A stretch of 64,000 nt of DNA from assembly GCF_009914755.1 (NCBI RefSeq), contig NC_060930.1; one strand, written 5' to 3'. The translations under genes and the position numbers were made by a program. Numbering within the stretch: position 1 is the stretch's first letter; each line of letters starts with the position of its first letter. The notes under the pieces were generated by a model that saw only the letters and a program-made list of their open reading frames with translations, was not told the origin of the DNA and ran no database searches. The stretch comes from the human T2T-CHM13v2.0 reference genome, Homo sapiens. Below, one piece after another: positions 12,097 through 29,017 of the stretch.

Positions 12097-13899
12097 ACCA
12101 TGACACTCAACGACACACTGGTGCATGAAAATGATTCCCTCAGCTGTCATTTACAGAAGACAACATGCTCTCATTCATGGTCAAGTCTCAAAAGAATATC
12201 CTTGTCTTCCTTCACCAGAGAAAGACATATTCTATGATCCCTGTGCCCTTCTGAGCCTCAATTCGGACAACATTGACATCACACCTTCAAAAAGATTTGT
12301 GAATATTCATAAACCACCTAGTGTCTGCAACCAAGCCCACATTAAGGAAGTACCCCTGAGTTATACAAAACATTTCTAAATCAATAAGGGGGCAGCTGTG
12401 TTTAACTGAATAACAGAGCTAAGAAAAAAATTTACATCAATTTATAACCAAAAGGTAAAGCCTTACACAAAGGAGTCCAAAAGTGTTTTCATTTGGACTG
12501 ATGAAGATTCTGAAATCACTCTGTCCAAGAATACAAAATACAACCTAAAATGACTGAAGGCAAATCAGATTTATCACTGTCTAACTTCTTCCCAATTAAT
12601 AATCAATAAGTATAAAGATTTAGAGAAAAAGGATAGAGTTAATTATTTAGTAAGCCATGAAACAATCGCTGTGAACTTGTGTTCTGAAGATTAACTGGCT
12701 GTTCAGTTTTTCTTTTCTCAGTTTCCTGTGATTTCTAATATTGTTTCACATATGGTTAAGATGAATGCTACAATTAATCGGCTGGTGTGCTCAACTGCTT
12801 TTGTTAAGAGGACAGCTGGTTCACATGCAAAATGCTAATGAGACAAATTAGACCATTTTGGTTTGCTGATGAACGAACAGCAAGACCTATAGTTAAGTCT
12901 CCAGCTGTACTTGGTTTTCTAGTAATGGTAAAGGTTAACCTAAATGAGGATAATATTTTATTTGATTAGTGTTGGATCTTTTCAAAACATTTTTTTCATT
13001 GTCCTAAACTACAGAATACACAGCAGCAAAATTCTCCAAACAGCAAAATCACAGGTTCTTATGAAGCATGAGTGCTACAAGGGTTTTAGAATTAATGGCA
13101 GAAGTGAGGCATAAGAGCAAAGAAGCTCAGCCTGACCTAAGATGATATTTGAATTCACCTAGAAAGTACAGAACTTCCATTAATGTCAGTTAGCCAAAGA
13201 CTTTTTAAGTAAATAAAAACCTTCCTATAACCTCAATTTTTCATATTCGTTCACTGATTTTTCTTTCAATTCATATTGAAAAGACCATTTTTAATAAGTA
13301 AACATCAAATAAAGGCAAGGGACAAGAACAAAAACATCAATCATTGTATGGAGACATATTGTTTAGTATCTCTAAATTCTAGTACCCTGGTATTTCTAAA
13401 GCAAGGATGTCACAATGTAGATTTCTGACTTGATGCCACAGAAGTACCTCCAGGCTTCTGGGTATTCCCTGTTATTAGAGGGCAATACAATTGGGCACAG
13501 ATGGAAGGGAAGGAAGGTGCATTGATTGCAGATCCCACATAATTTGGCCCACACAGAATCTGAGAAAAAAATCAACCAGGAAGCGAAACGATAATGCTAA
13601 TTCTAGGTAATGGCACTGACTTTGTAAAAATGATACGCTTAGCTCTTCTTCATCAGCATCATGGAGGCTTGGAACAGAAAGCAGAAAAATAACAATGGCA
13701 TTCTTCATATCTTAGCAAATAAAATCATATTTGGAAGGACTAAGTAAGATCAGCAGGCTTCCTCGTGTACCTAACAATATTTTTAACTTGCAGCCAAAAC
13801 TGAAGCTTGGCATTGTAAAGGCAGGTATGGAGATTTCATAATTTGGCCCAAAGTTTGTTTTTTACTAAAGAAAAAAGGTGAGGTAGACAAAAAACCACT

Positions 13900-13970
13900 G
13901 AGAGAGAGAGAGAGAGTGTGTGTGTGTATGTGTGTGTGTGAGAGAGAGTGTGTATGTGTGTGTGAGTGTG
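13900..13970 (+). repeat. Compound (GA)n/(GT)n microsatellite
   Basis: Direct reading; occupies the tail position of the adjacent antisense FLAM. Confidence 0.93.
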
Positions 13971-13974
13971 TTTT

Positions 13975-14102
13975 GAAGAAAGTAGGTCTATGGGGTCTCC
14001 CAATGTTGCCCATGCTGGTCTCCAACCCCTGGGCTCAAGTGATCTGCCCACCACAGCCTCCCAAAGTGCTGGGATTACAGGCATGAGCCACCACGCCCAG
14101 CC
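13975..14102 (-). mobile_element. FLAM/Alu monomer
   Basis: Antisense left arm. Confidence 0.85.
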
Positions 14103-14169
14103 ACTATAAGAATTTGACCAACAATGAAGACATCGATGTCTTCCTGGAACTAGGAAAAGAAAAATAATA

Positions 14170-14425
14170 GGCCAGGCAAAGTGGCTGACGCCTGTAATAA
14201 CAGCACTTTAGAAAGCCAAGATGGGCAGATCACTTGAGCCCAGTAGTTCAAGACCAGCCTGGGCAACATGGCAAAAACCCGTCTCTACAAAAAATACAAA
14301 AATTAGCAGAGCACAGTGGCACACGCCTGCCTGTAATCCTAGCTGCCTAGGAAGCCAAGGTTGCAGTGAGCCGAGATTGCTCCACCGCACTCCAGCCTGG
14401 GCAACAGAGCGAGATCCTGTCTTGA
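14170..14425 (+). mobile_element. AluJ, internally deleted
   Basis: Right arm jumps from gaagccaa to ggttgcagtgag. Confidence 0.88.
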
Positions 14426-14794
14426 AAAGTAAGATATCTGAGGGAGAAAATAAACAGGGTCTTCCAATGCCAAGCAGTTTTTCCAAACTTCTTGAAAATT
14501 GCATAGCAGCTCTCAGAAGAGTCAGATGGATCCACTTGTATCACCTCATCTGAAACACCTATCTCTTTGTGTGCTGCAATGCATATAAATCATTATGTGA
14601 TAAAACAAGTTTAAATAAAGCTGCCACAATCAATTCTCATTAGCAAACCATATTTAATTAAGTATACATTTAGGCTGCTGAGGGCAGTTTTAAAATACCT
14701 GCACTTTCCCATGCTTAATGTTTATGCACAATCATTTTTAATCAGACAAATTTAATTATCTTATTACAACTGCTTTCTGAAGAGAGATACTCAC

Positions 14795-14855
14795 CAACTG
14801 CACCCCACGGGAAAGAGGAATCGGTCACAGACTCCAGACAATATATTACATTCAT
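14795..14855 (-). CDS. NHSL1: Candidate alternative first coding exon, MNVIYCLESVTDSSFPWGAV + G (phase 1)
   Basis: ataATGA (A at -3), 61 nt open, donor TTG|GTGAGT, non-repeat CpG-retaining context, same phase as recognised exons. Confidence 0.55.
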
Positions 14856-15891
14856 TATCAAAATAAATCCCAGAGCATCTATGGAGAACTCGTTCCGGCA
14901 CGATGTCCCATGTTAAAATAGGATAAAATTCACTTCTTTGCTCAGTAACCTCCCTCTTCTTCTTCGTTAATACAATTCTAACTGCTCGTCAACAGGATAA
15001 CTCTATATTCTGAACTTTCTAGCTTTACTTGAATTGTTTTTAACATCCCCCGACACCAAAAAAGAAAAAAAAAAAAAAACCCAGCCTCTTCTTTCTGCAG
15101 CTGCTGAATGCCACAAATAGCTTCTTGTATAATTCGACTTAGAATGCACCCCAAACTAGATGTGTTCAATGGCAACGTGAATGCTTCATTCAGAGAGAAA
15201 CAAAATGTGTAGAATGTCCTAAAAACATCACAGTGGCAAAGGGGATCATTAAGAAGTCTTGGGGCAGACGACCGCTTTCAGCCCTTGCCTGCAAATTCTT
15301 CTCAGGTCTATGCACATGGCGAGAGAAAGGTTTCAGAAGATTCCCACAGTGATCAAAGGAGGAATCGCTAATTCCCCTCAGCCTGCCCTGTCTAGATGGG
15401 GTTTTCCCCGGTGTTACCTCCCTTCTCCACAACTAATGTGTTTCTTCCTCCTGGTTTCCTAATAAAATGCACCTACCCTCAATCTGTTCGTGCTCTGCCA
15501 TCAGTTACCCAGACCTAAACTAACATGTTCATTTAAAATTCGTACTTGATGTGCTATGTGTTCTACACATGGCAGACACCCCCTCTGATATTTCTGGAAG
15601 CTCCTGGAGGGCCAGAGCCAACTCCATGCCCTTCACTTTGCACAGTGCCAACCTCGGTGCCATGCAAAACCAGCTGTTGTGAAAATGGATACAATGGGAC
15701 AACAGGTAACATTCATAGAAATGGGTTGGGAAGGAAAAGAGCCTGGCGAACTTTAAAGCATTCTTGTCACATAGTGCCATAATTTTCTAACCTTTATGAA
15801 AATTTTCCTTAAGAAACGCCTTGCAAATACTAAACAAAAATGTCCACACATTTATGAATAAACCTAACATTTATTCATGAATGTAAGTAAC

Positions 15892-16027
15892 TTTTTTTTT
15901 TCTTTTTCCAGAGACAGGGACTCACTCTGTCACCCAGGCTAGAGTGCAGATCCCAGTTCACCACAGTCTCCAACTCCTGTGCTCAAGCAATCCTCCCCTG
16001 CTTCGGCCTCCCAAGTAGCTGGGATGA
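15892..16027 (-). mobile_element. Alu right-arm fragment
   Basis: Poly(T) followed by gagacaggg…cccaagtagctggga. Confidence 0.82.
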
Positions 16028-16299
16028 GTAACTTTTTGAAAAGTTTCCCTGTGTGTTGAAATTGGATTTTATTTTCTTGAATACCAGATATTTTGGCAAT
16101 CAAATGATTACAGGGGCTGGTGGGTAAAGGAAGAAGCAAGAGTTATCTTAGTTGCTGTGTAAAGAGACAGAGGGCCAGTGGATTGGCCTTTTACCCACTC
16201 TCTTCCCATCATCCTTCGGGTCTCAGATTAATTTGCCATTTCTTCAAGGTCTGAATTGGACTCTATTTAGACCTCCCATTGTTCACTTTCATCGAAACC

Positions 16300-16495
16300 T
16301 ATACTTTTCTTCTATATCACTACTACTTGTAGTGATTTGTTCAATGACTAATTTGTTTAATCTCCCACTAAACACATGATCTGGACCATGATACAGAGGC
16401 CATGGCTCACTGAACCTACAGCAACAAGGTGCCCAGTGCCAGGTTTGATACACTGTGGGCATGCAATTCATATTATTTTATTAAATGAATGAATT
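16300..16495 (+). mobile_element. L2 3' end
   Basis: Ends in aaatgaatgaat. Confidence 0.6.
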
Positions 16496-16522
16496 TAATA
16501 CAGCAGGAAAAGAAATAGTTTA

Positions 16523-16872
<350 letters not shown>

Positions 16873-16898
16873 TTATTCTTAGGATGTTAAAAAAAATA

Positions 16899-17782
<884 letters not shown>

Positions 17783-18459
17783 TAAAATATCTGCAGCCAC
17801 TAAGATTGGCAGGGAGCTTTTAACTGGAGACAAAAGTTCATTCACAGAAATCAGTTCATTCATCTTCAGCCTCATCTCATTCATTAAGGACTCAACACAC
17901 CAAACAATACTCTAGGCACCAGAGACACCAAAACAAAGACAACTTTCTCTTATGAAGCCTTCTCTGACTTTTTAGTCTTTCGCATCCTCTCCCCAGGAGG
18001 GTGGATTTTTCACTTATTTATGGCTTATCCGCTCCATAATTGTGCTCATTTGTCTTCCCTGCTAGGAGCTGTGCTCCTGGAGGACAGGAACTGGGCCATA
18101 TTGGCTTTGGAGATGCCAGTAAGTTAGTTGATCAAATGATGCAATAAAGAAATAAACTATCTATTTCTTGTCCATCAGGCATTCTATTGGACGGAAGAAG
18201 ACAGAATTCAATAAAATGGGAATAAGGTACATTTTAAATTAGGAAGTGCATAACTCTAACGGCTGGAAGTTAATAGTATCGGGGAAAACTTGACGTAGCA
18301 GGTGACATGTGAGCTAGGCCTGGATGGGTAGGTAAACGTTTGCTAGAGGAAAACAGATATGAAACACATTCCAACTCAACAAGAGGGCATAAAGAAGACA
18401 GTGAATCGTCTGGAGTTGGGAATACTGAGTGTGTGTGTCATGAAGGCGCACGCCGTCTC

Positions 18460-18967
18460 TCACAGTCCCAGGCAAGTCACCTCCTTGTCCAGTGCACCAC
18501 AATGAGAGGCTGGGAGTTGGAAACCACATTTCCCAGACTCTTTGACACAGGGGCCTCAGCAGCCGGCCTAGCATTTGCAAAGCAGATGCACATGACTGAT
18601 GATACAAGTCCTCATTTCCATGCTCCTGCGGCTTCGGCTGTTTCTGCTGCTAAGTCTGACTGTTGAGGTAACTGAAGTCTCAGTGTGCCATCCCTACTTT
18701 CATGGAGGTGGGAAGCAAGGCATGTAGTGATCATTTTGCTGGTAAGGTACACAGCTGAGGGAGTGTGGGCGTGGAGTCAAAACCTGGGTGCCAGCTTTGA
18801 CTGCGGCAGAGATAACAGCTCCTTTGGCCAGCTGAGAGAGCTATGCCTGGGTGTTCAGCTTGGGCCTATTCCTAAAGGTTTTTCCAATGATCATGTAGAT
18901 ACCATATACTCTATTTTAAATCCCCGTCTGCTTACAATGTTGTCTGCAACTGAACGTGCCTGAGACC
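18460..18967 (+). mobile_element. ERVL-class LTR (LTR33-like)
   Basis: acatttcccagactc, agatgcac, gtctgcaactgaac motifs. Confidence 0.5.
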
Positions 18968-19136
18968 ATCTGCTGGCCTGCTGGGATGACAAAGTGGGGT
19001 TTGTGGCAATGGCTGTGGGAGATATGGCTAGAAAAGTTAAGTCATCACTGGTGTCAAGCCAAAGACCTTAGAACTCTCAGTTAGCAATGGTTGAACATCA
19101 AAGTTGTTTTGTTGTTGTTGTTGTTGTTGTTGTTAA

Positions 19137-19511
<375 letters not shown>

Positions 19512-19753
19512 TAGAAAACTAAATTTTAAAAATAGACAAAATGTTTAAATCCAAGGTGAACTATAATGTTGATGAGAAAGGGATGGAAGTAAACAGTCTA
19601 TCTTCTGCACAATGATTTCCCCCATGCCTACTCTTTGGCTGTATCATAACACTTTCTGCCTCTCTTAAGTGTGTTACCTAGTCCAAGACGACACCAACAG
19701 TCCAGGAGGTAGGATACTGTCACATTCTGACTCTACTTAGCCTCTGTTCTCAC

Positions 19754-19840
19754 CAGACTCTCTGATTTCATGTTGTTGGAGAATTCTGGATGAATATTTC
19801 AGTTCCTGATTATTGCCTGCATTGTCAGACTGATTTTTTT
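19754..19840 (-). CDS. NHSL1: Candidate 87-nt symmetric (phase 1/1) exon, (E)KNQSDNAGNNQELKYSSRILQQHEIRES; or 3' part of a first exon from ATG 19931
   Basis: Acceptor ccctacttgtAG| (19842-19841), donor CTG|GTGAGA (19753-19752), length 3n, open in the required frame. Confidence 0.33.
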
Positions 19841-20199
19841 CTACAAGTAGGGTTTGCAGAAACTGGATGGTCATGATTAAAGCCCATGAATGGAAAGTAA
19901 CAATGACATAAAAAGCTTTCTCTGTATTCATTTTTTAAATGCTGAGTTTTCCCCAATTTTAGTTATATACAGTTCTGAAGTATCACATACATTCTGATAA
20001 AGAACATGTAAGATCTAACCACTATCAGTATTTAGGGAAAGAACATCAGATTACTGAAACAAGACAGCCAGTGCCTTGTTAAAGCAGATATGAAAGCAAT
20101 GTCTGAGCACTTAGAGGCAAACAATAGAATCCAGTTTCATCATATTAATTAAGCAAATCCTATTTATTAAGAGATATTAAGGAGTTCTCAGAATCTCCA

Positions 20200-20520
20200 G
20201 GAGGGCCAGAGGATAAGTTTACCTGCCAATCAGCCAGGACTGTAACAGTGAAACACTGCTGCTGTTGCCACCTGCTGGTCATCACAGAGCATGCGCAAGT
20301 GTGGATGCCTACACTTGTGGAGCCACTGAAGCAGCTCCCAGAGCAGGTCAGTGCTGCTGGGCTTGCCAGTAGATCCAGACAACCTACTCAGCTACTGCCT
20401 AACATCCCTCAGTTTGTCATCCACATCCAATGAGTGGGTCAGGGTGGCACAGCCTAGGTCACATACCTGTACTGTAGCTGCAAGGGAGTCTGGGAAGCGA
20501 ACGTTGTTAGTTCTGTGGCT
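20200..20520 (-). mobile_element. Old MLT1 (MaLR) LTR
   Basis: ctaggtcacat…agctgcaagggagtctgggaa motif. Confidence 0.55.
20264..20281 (-). promoter_or_regulatory. CTCF motif
   Basis: Minus strand GACCAGCAGGTGGCA, near-consensus core. Confidence 0.6.
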
Positions 20521-21256
20521 GGTTAGGGGAGGAAGTCAGGTCAGATGGTGGGGAGGGGCAGTAGGGAGTGGGACAGGACTGGAGTGAGAAACTGCTGCAA
20601 GATTTCTGGACAAGTTCTTCAGTAAGAACAATTACTAATATAGGTTCCAAAGTCACCTGAGATTTGTGGTCTCTTATTTCAGTTTTGCTTCAAATCCAGA
20701 AATACAGTTATTTATTAATACATCTGAACTTCCTGAATCAGAAACTGAAGAGTGTCAGAGAACTCTTTGACTCAAATTGTATCAGTGGCCCACAAGAATT
20801 CACCCAGTAGCATTTAACAGTGTCACCTGCTAAGTCTATCAACTCAACACAGTCCAGGTTTGGTTTCTTTCCATGGACTCTCTTTCTGGAGAGCTTTAAA
20901 AAATTACAGCAGGTTTTTTTTTTTTTCAAGAGATGCACAAATTCACATTATATAAGAAAAATAATAGAAGTGAGGGTAGAACGTCCACAGGAATGATTTT
21001 TTTTTTTTTTTTTTTTAGAAAAACCCAGAGCATTTCATGGGTTGTTGCAATCTCACTTCAGAAATTAACAAGTTAAATTAACTCACTCTTCCAGCTAGCC
21101 TATATAATTAAAGTTGGAAAAAAACAAAAACAAAACTAGAAATGTTTATGTTTGGCTTTAATTCTTCACTACATACTACGTTCTAATGGGGAAGACAGTA
21201 AGAAATCCAAGCACTGACATAGTAACTTCAATAGAACATTCTAGAATGCCACTGAA

Positions 21257-21708
<452 letters not shown>

Positions 21709-22733
21709 TTACCATGTGTATAGTAACAACAACTTCAATAGTATTTTTTTCAAAGCATAATTTAGTAGTAGAAATTTAAAAGAAAGTGAATCTTCAAAAA
21801 AAAATCTGCTCTGTCACCCAATTTTCCTTTTGATAAAGCAATGACCTTAAAAAAATGTGTTATCAAAAACAAATGGAATTTTTATGTCTCTCATAACTCA
21901 AAAATATTTACTTCTTCATAAACACCCAAATATTGTAATAAAAGCATTAAATATTAACATTCTTGTCTTTTTTTTTAAACCAGAGAAATATCTTAGATGA
22001 AGAAAGTAATTTGCTACCATCACAATACATGAATAATTTAATATGCAAGGCTGGAATGACATTTGCACAAGATTTTTTTCCCATTGTCCATGATACATCA
22101 ACCCTGTGAGAAAATCAACAGAGGAGTGGGAAAATCTTGTGAAAAATTTTTACAAACAAGCACAGTGTCTGCAGGTTGCTGTCTGGTGCTAGTTTCTTCT
22201 TGCACTTCAGAAAGGATACATCTTCACACATACTTAGGCATCTCTAGCAAGGTAGCTGGAGAAAGATCTAGAACACTTACATGGGCAGTATTTCCCATTC
22301 CCTCCATTTCAGTATTCAGATAGAGTTGATTGGCAACTGTTTGTTCCATATTTATATTACTGAAATACTCTTTGTTTTAAAAATACATATTTGAGAGCCA
22401 TCCCTTAAAAAGTTGATAAAGATGAAGACTAGTTGATCAAAAATTTTCCTACTCCCTCTCAACCTTTTTCACGTTTTATACTTTCCCAGCTGCCTTCAAT
22501 CCTTTCTGAAACAAGGGGAATACAGGGTTTTTCCCACAACCGTTGGCATTCAGTATACAATTCATTATTGCCCAAATCCAATTGTTATGTGTTCTTTAAG
22601 GTTAGTGACAAAGAATAATAACAATAATAACATAATAAGGCAAAACAGATTGTTTTAAAAGAATAAAATATAAATCTACACAGTCTTGGCATATAAAATC
22701 ATACCAAAATAAATATCAATAACTAACCAATAA

Positions 22734-23104
<371 letters not shown>

Positions 23105-23471
23105 AGTTTAATTCTTTTTACACTTGTATATAACCTTGACCAAGTTAATCTCCCTCTGCTGGTAAAAATGAGAATATTTCTCAGAAATATTTTCCAAATA
23201 TTTTACCACAGATACTGCCTATGACAGAGCCTGAAAGAACAACTGATTTCTACTTTTTGTGACAAACACATGGGCTTCAACCAGATCTCTTTGGCCACTG
23301 TGTGGAGAACAGATTGTGCATGGACAAGTAAAAGTAGGAAGCTACTGTGATCAACTAGGAAAGAAATATGGTGGCTTGAACCCCTGTTAGAAATGAGACA
23401 AATGGGTGGATTGGATATAATTTGGAGGTAGATCAGTGTGAAAGTTATCAGTATCAAAATGGAGCCACTAA

Positions 23472-24135
23472 TGTCAAACCCAAAAAACTGAAGCCGAGAG
23501 ACCATGAAGGTGGGGCCCTCATACAGGTATGCCTATAATGGGAGCTATGCAAGGGATTCCTCAAAACCACAGTATTCCAGATAAACTTTCTGCACAAGTG
23601 CACACCTATCAGGTGTGATTGTCTCCACCAATTAGCTAATGCCAACATCTACAACAAGTCCCTGTAACCAATAGTATTCGTTTCAAAACAGCTTAGGTGG
23701 ACTTTTCCTTTTTGTCTTTAAAAGCCTCCCCCAGGCCAGGCGTGGTGGCTCACATCTGTAATCCCAGAAGTTCAAGACCAGCCTGGGCAACATAGTGAGA
23801 CCCCCATCTCTACAAAAATAAAAATAAAAAAATTCACTGGGACTGATTGTGCACACCTGTGGTCTCAGCTACTTAAGAGGTTGAAGCGGGAAGACCCCTT
23901 GAGCCCAGAAGGTTGAGGCTGCAGTGAGCCATGATCACGCCACTGCCCTCCAGCCTGGGCAGCAAAGTGAGACCCTGCCTCAAACAAAACAAAACAGCTA
24001 CCCCCTGCCTCACCCCCCTGGAATATGCCTATGGTTTGACATAGCATGAGTATTCTGGATTGCAATCCCCTGCTATTCCCAAATAAATTCTTTGCTTTGG
24101 AAGAGTTGGTCTCTGTCACACATTTTAGGTTGGCA
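23472..24135 (+). mobile_element. MER34-like ERV1 solo LTR containing a deleted AluJ (23734-23995), nested in L2 (~23260-24760)
   Basis: TGTCAA…TTTTAGGTTGGCA termini, AATAAA signal. Confidence 0.65.
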
Positions 24136-24827
24136 CTGGAAAGGATTAGATGTGGGACAGAAGAAAGAGGAATCAAAGAGGATTAGAGTTTTTTGCTGAA
24201 GGTGCCTAAGTGCAGGCTGGTGGTGCTATTTATTGGGGAGGAGAACCCGGAGGAAACAGTGGCTAGAAGATAATTAGATGGGCAAAGTGGAACACCTCAT
24301 ATGGGCATGGGGTCTGCATCATAACAGAGGTCAGGGCGGGAGATTTTAAAAACTTTAAAATTAGCCTATAAAAAGATACTTAAAGCCACTTAAAGAGAAC
24401 ATCAAGGGAAAGAGGGCAGGAAGAGAAAAGAGGAAGACTCTTGGTCAGAAAGAAGAGGAGGAGCCTTGGAGGAGGCCCAGAAGTGCAGCCAATGACTTCA
24501 GGAAATCCAACAGAGGAAACTGTTTCAGCTCCCTAGAATATGCTAGTAAGTACGGCAAAGTCAGAAAAGTGAGCATTGCGTCTGGCCACGTGGAAACCGT
24601 GAACACCCTGGAGAACAATCCTGTGATACTGTGGAGCCAGAAATCCAGAGTCAGATGCACTGAAGAGGAGGTGAGAAAGCAGATCAGATGCAGACTTTTT
24701 TATTATTAAATTTTGCTCTGAAGATAAATAGAAAAATGGATGGCCCCTGAAGGACATGTGAAGTCAAGAAAGTAACTTCAAAAATGGAAATCCATCACTG
24801 TAACTTCCTTGTTCAAAGAATGTTTGG

Positions 24828-25337
<510 letters not shown>

Positions 25338-25819
25338 TTTACTTTCTCTTTGAGCTCTCTTAATTTGTTTGAGTCTATGGTGCACTGAAAATGAAAAGCC
25401 TTTTTAGATTTACATAACAAAACAAGATTTAACAATCTGGGTTAATGAATGACAATAATCTTCAGGCGGAAAGGCTAGGAATTATTTCCTGAATGAATGA
25501 GTTTCATTAATAAAATAAAAGGAAGGGTCTCTGTCCCCCCACCCCCACCCTTTCATGATCTCTCTGTATAACATTCTGTAGTCTACCATCAACTAACTGG
25601 CTTGGTGCAGATTCCAGAACATTCCTGGAAGGAATCACTCATCTGGGCAGAATATACCCACTAAGGTCCTTAGGGAAAGTCAGGCCAATAAAGTTTTGCG
25701 GCACACCAAGTATTTTCTGTATTTATGAGAAAAAAAATTAATGGTGGGGCAGGGGAATGGTGGGGACAGAAGGGGAGCCAGAGAAGGCAGTGAATTAAAG
25801 AGAGTTTTTAAATTTTGTT

Positions 25820-26179
<360 letters not shown>

Positions 26180-26439
26180 TAAAAGCTCCAGGAATAGAAG
26201 ACAGGAGACTGACACAGGGGAATTCTTGGTTGGTTTTACTGACATGAAATGATTATGAATTTGAAGTACTGAAGAAGATGAGTCATTTGGGATGTGACAT
26301 CTCCTTTGAATGGGAAAGCCCAAATCCTATGCCATAGGTCCATGCTGTAGGTCTAGCCTGCAGCCAAATGGCAAGATTGCTTGTGTCATAAAAACATAGA
26401 ATAGTCTTTAGGGAAACAAAATAAAAATAATAGCAAAAA

Positions 26440-26640
26440 GTTAATTGTGCTTACTCCAGGCTGGGAATTTTATGTGAATGATCTCATTGAACTCACATTA
26501 CAGACCTGAGATGTGTGAGCTGTGATTATGCCCATTTTTGGAGTTGAGGAAATGAAGACTGAGTAGGAAGCTAAGTAATTTCCAAAGGCCTTAAGCTTGC
26601 CAAGTGGTGGGGTGGGAATTCAAGCCAGGTCTGGGACCCT
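26440..26640 (-). mobile_element. MIR
   Basis: attatgcccatttt…gaggaaatgaag…aagtaatttccaaagg. Confidence 0.7.
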
Positions 26641-26759
26641 GAAGGTTCCCTCCTATTTACCTCTGAAGAATGAGCACTTACCTGAGTAAATCAAGAAGCA
26701 AGCCCCACACAGGCTCACACAAAACAGGGGTACTGAAAGCTAAAATTAAGCCTGGTGTT

Positions 26760-27295
26760 AAGCAGACTTTTCATTGGGTACAGAAAAGAGCACAAATTAT
26801 GTATGCAGCTCAACGAATTGCCACAAAGTGAACGCCCATGTAACCAGCACCCAGATCAAGATAGAGATCATTACCAGCTCCCAAGACCTCCTGTTCATGC
26901 CCTCCTTGCAGCCACTAGCCCCATCCCCACACATAACCATTACCCTAATAAAATCACCATAGATTAGTTTTGCCTGCTTTTGAACTTTATATGGTTGGAA
27001 TCACACTCTTCTGTGTTTGTGAGATTCATCTATGTGGTTGTGTGTAGCAGTAACATGTTTATTCTTATTGGTATGGTAAAAGATTACTTATCTGTTGTAT
27101 TATTAATGGACATTTAGTGTTTTTTTTTCCAGTTTGGGGCTTTTAGGAATAGTGCACTATGAACATTCTCATGCATGTCATTTGGTAAACATTAAGTATC
27201 TCGTTATGGTGGGTATAATCCCAGAAGGGGAATTTGCTGGGTCAGAGTGTGTGCATAGTCAGCTTCAGGAGATATTGCCAAAAAGTTTCCCAAAT
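26760..27295 (-). mobile_element. Old L1 (L1M) 3' region
   Basis: catgtaaccagcacccagatcaag; ttccagtttggggc…atgaacattc. Confidence 0.75.
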
Positions 27296-27718
27296 AGGAA
27301 ACACTAGTAGAGTGATTTAAAGGTTTTCTTCCCTAGCAAATGGGCACACAAAAAAATATTGAAGGATCTCATAAAACGTTACCAGAAGCCCATTCTTAAA
27401 CATCAGAAATAAATTTAAAAGAATACTTAAAAATCATCTGAATGACGGGAGCCCTGCTTGCCAAAGGTTTGTGTAATAAAAGCTAAAGAAAAATTTGGCT
27501 GAAAGGATCTTGAAAGGATATGTGTAAGTGGCAAATGGGCGGCTACGAACCATGATGGAGACAGAGCAGCTTTGGCCCACCATGGACATTTCTAGTCCTC
27601 ACCTTGCCAGGTGAGTCCTGGAAGCTTAATGTCTCTGGGCGTTGGATTTTTTACCTCTGTAATGATAGGGTCGCACTAGTTGAGCTCTAAGTTCGATTCT
27701 GGGTGCAATATTGTGTCA

Positions 27719-29017
<1,299 letters not shown>

